Positions 62,698 to 64,000 of a stretch of DNA of 64,000 nucleotides are shown here, piece after piece. The notes beneath the pieces are model-generated. The model worked only from the letters and a program-made list of their open reading frames with translations, had not been told where the DNA came from and made no database searches. A program made the translations under genes and the position numbers. Numbering within the stretch: the stretch's first letter is position 1; the number at the start of each line of letters is the position of its first letter. Source of the stretch: an uncultured virus (IMG/VR IMGVR_UViG_3300042507_001994) (Duplodnaviria; Heunggongvirae; Uroviricota; Caudoviricetes); IMG/VR virus record IMGVR_UViG_3300042507_001994; one strand, given 5' to 3'.

Positions 62698-64000
62698 GCA
62701 AACCCCTTGGACAACGAGGCGTACCAGAAACCCGTGGAACTCAGGTATGTGGCGACCAACAAATCAACCGAATTTGCCGCTGTGCTAAGCGTCCCCGCAA
62801 GGCCCCCCGGCCACTTAAAGCTTGTCGGCCATGTCATTGTACGGCTGCCTGTCGCATCCTGAGTAATGAACCAGTTGATGGTCTGGCCGTTCCGTGGGTT
62901 GCTGATGGTCGGTGCGGTCGTGACGTTGGCGGTGAATGTGGTGGCAAACACATTGGACAAAGCACAATCCACCGTCATGGCCGTTGCGCTAAATGTCACT
63001 GTGACCGGCGTAGTCTGGGCACCTCCGGTAAACGTAGTCGCGCCTAAAGTTGGCGCTGTTGCCAGCACAATGCTGCCCGAACCTGTTACGTTTTGACCCA
63101 GCGCCGTTGCTACGCCGGTTCCAAATGAGGTAATGCCCGTGCCGCCGCTGGCTACAGCCAAAGTCCCTGCAACGCTCACCGCGCCGTTTGTGGCTGTGCT
63201 AGGGGTTAGCCCGGTCGAACCAAAGCTGATTGTGGTGACGCCGCTTGCGGCAGGGGCCGTGCTCTGCCAAGTAGTGCCATTGCTGGTCAGGATATTGCCC
63301 GCTGTCCCAGGAGCTACCACTTGAAGCGCCGAGGTGCCGTTGCCTAGCAGGACGTTGTTCGCCGTCAGAGAAACTGCGCCTGTGCCGCCGTTGGCTACAG
63401 GCAGAGTGCCGGAGACATGTGTGGCGAGGCCCACTTTGCCCCAGGACGGAGCGACACCAATACCACCAGAGATCAAAACATTGCCCGTGGCTACATCGGC
63501 CAGCTTGGCAAGCGAGGTAGTGGTGTCTGCGTAGAGAAGATCCCCGACCGCGTAGCTGGTCTGTCCAGTGCCCCCCCGGGCCGCAGGCAATGTTCCAGTT
63601 GTGCCAGCATCAATCGGCAAACCCGTCGCATTTGTCAACGTCACTGCCGAAGGCGTGCCAAGATTGGGCGTGACAAGGATTGGAGACGTCGCCAGCACGT
63701 TGTTTCCCGTGCCGGTATTTGTGACGCTGACGATCTGCTTGTTCGCATCCAGTGCCAGTGCCGTCGATGCCGTCAGGGCAGTAAGAGTCACATTGCCCGA
63801 AGCCGTCAGGTCCACCACCGCCCCGAGCGTGACGAAGTCCGACCCGTTCCACGCCACCACCGCCATGCGCCCTGCGGGCACCACCACACCCGTCGTAGGG
63901 CCCACGCCGACGATCTTGACCCCGAAGCCCCCAGTGGTGCCGTTGATGACCACGTATGCCTTGCTGGACGCCGGAGCCGTGATGGTGCGCTGCGCAGCCC
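62694..64000 (-). CDS. Tail fibre protein (5' end beyond window)
   Basis: Frame open to the window end; repeated L.VA.GGTG fibre motifs; C-terminal QDATGSRT.TWP...W domain. Confidence 0.8.
   Translation of the reverse strand, partial: AAQRTITAPASSKAYVVINGTTGGFGVKIVGVGPTTGVVVPAGRMAVVAWNGSDFVTLGAVVDLTASGNVTLTALTASTALALDANKQIVSVTNTGTGNNVLATSPILVTPNLGTPSAVTLTNATGLPIDAGTTGTLPAARGGTGQTSYAVGDLLYADTTTSLAKLADVATGNVLISGGIGVAPSWGKVGLATHVSGTLPVANGGTGAVSLTANNVLLGNGTSALQVVAPGTAGNILTSNGTTWQSTAPAASGVTTISFGSTGLTPSTATNGAVSVAGTLAVASGGTGITSFGTGVATALGQNVTGSGSIVLATAPTLGATTFTGGAQTTPVTVTFSATAMTVDCALSNVFATTFTANVTTAPTISNPRNGQTINWFITQDATGSRTMTWPTSFKWPGGLAGTLSTAANSVDLLVATYLSSTGFWYASLSKGFA

Noticed and set aside
1..64000. 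Alternative genetic code, tRNA or rRNA genes
   Set aside because: Core genes are full length in the standard code with normal stops, and I recognised no cloverleaf or rRNA-like sequence by eye.

Overview
This window is most (possibly nearly all) of a ~60% GC tailed dsDNA phage genome of podovirus-like type, probably infecting a Betaproteobacterium (host inferred from sequence motifs). The minus strand carries two structural blocks. Block 1-21.7 kb has tail fibre, head-tail proteins, a cluster of small basic proteins, major capsid, scaffold, GroES, portal, TerL and TerS. Block 42.3-64 kb has a 2631-aa polyvalent protein, internal/ejection proteins, tail stabilisation protein, lysozyme, holin, a beta-propeller and a tail fibre. 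Between them lie a GC-rich early operon (SprT-like, MoxR/CobS AAA+, VWA/CobT-like, an L7/L12-like protein), a primase-helicase/RusA operon, a recombination operon (Cas4-like exonuclease, Sak, SSB), many small accessory ORFs and an orphan C5 methyltransferase. I saw no DNA polymerase, integrase, tRNA or CRISPR array. The most notable non-obvious signals are: (1) the heptamer TGTAAAC/GTTTACA occurs at least 41 times but is absent from the accessory region; (2) a candidate sRNA with its own promoter and terminator exposes an anti-Shine-Dalgarno sequence matching several early-gene RBSs; (3) a [YFLM]AxGG tag is shared by at least eight virion-region proteins; (4) a DnaA-box cluster; (5) a pseudoknotted leader downstream of the capsid gene; (6) two genes bracketed by direct repeats. 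All product calls come from motif recognition by eye; no database searches were run.
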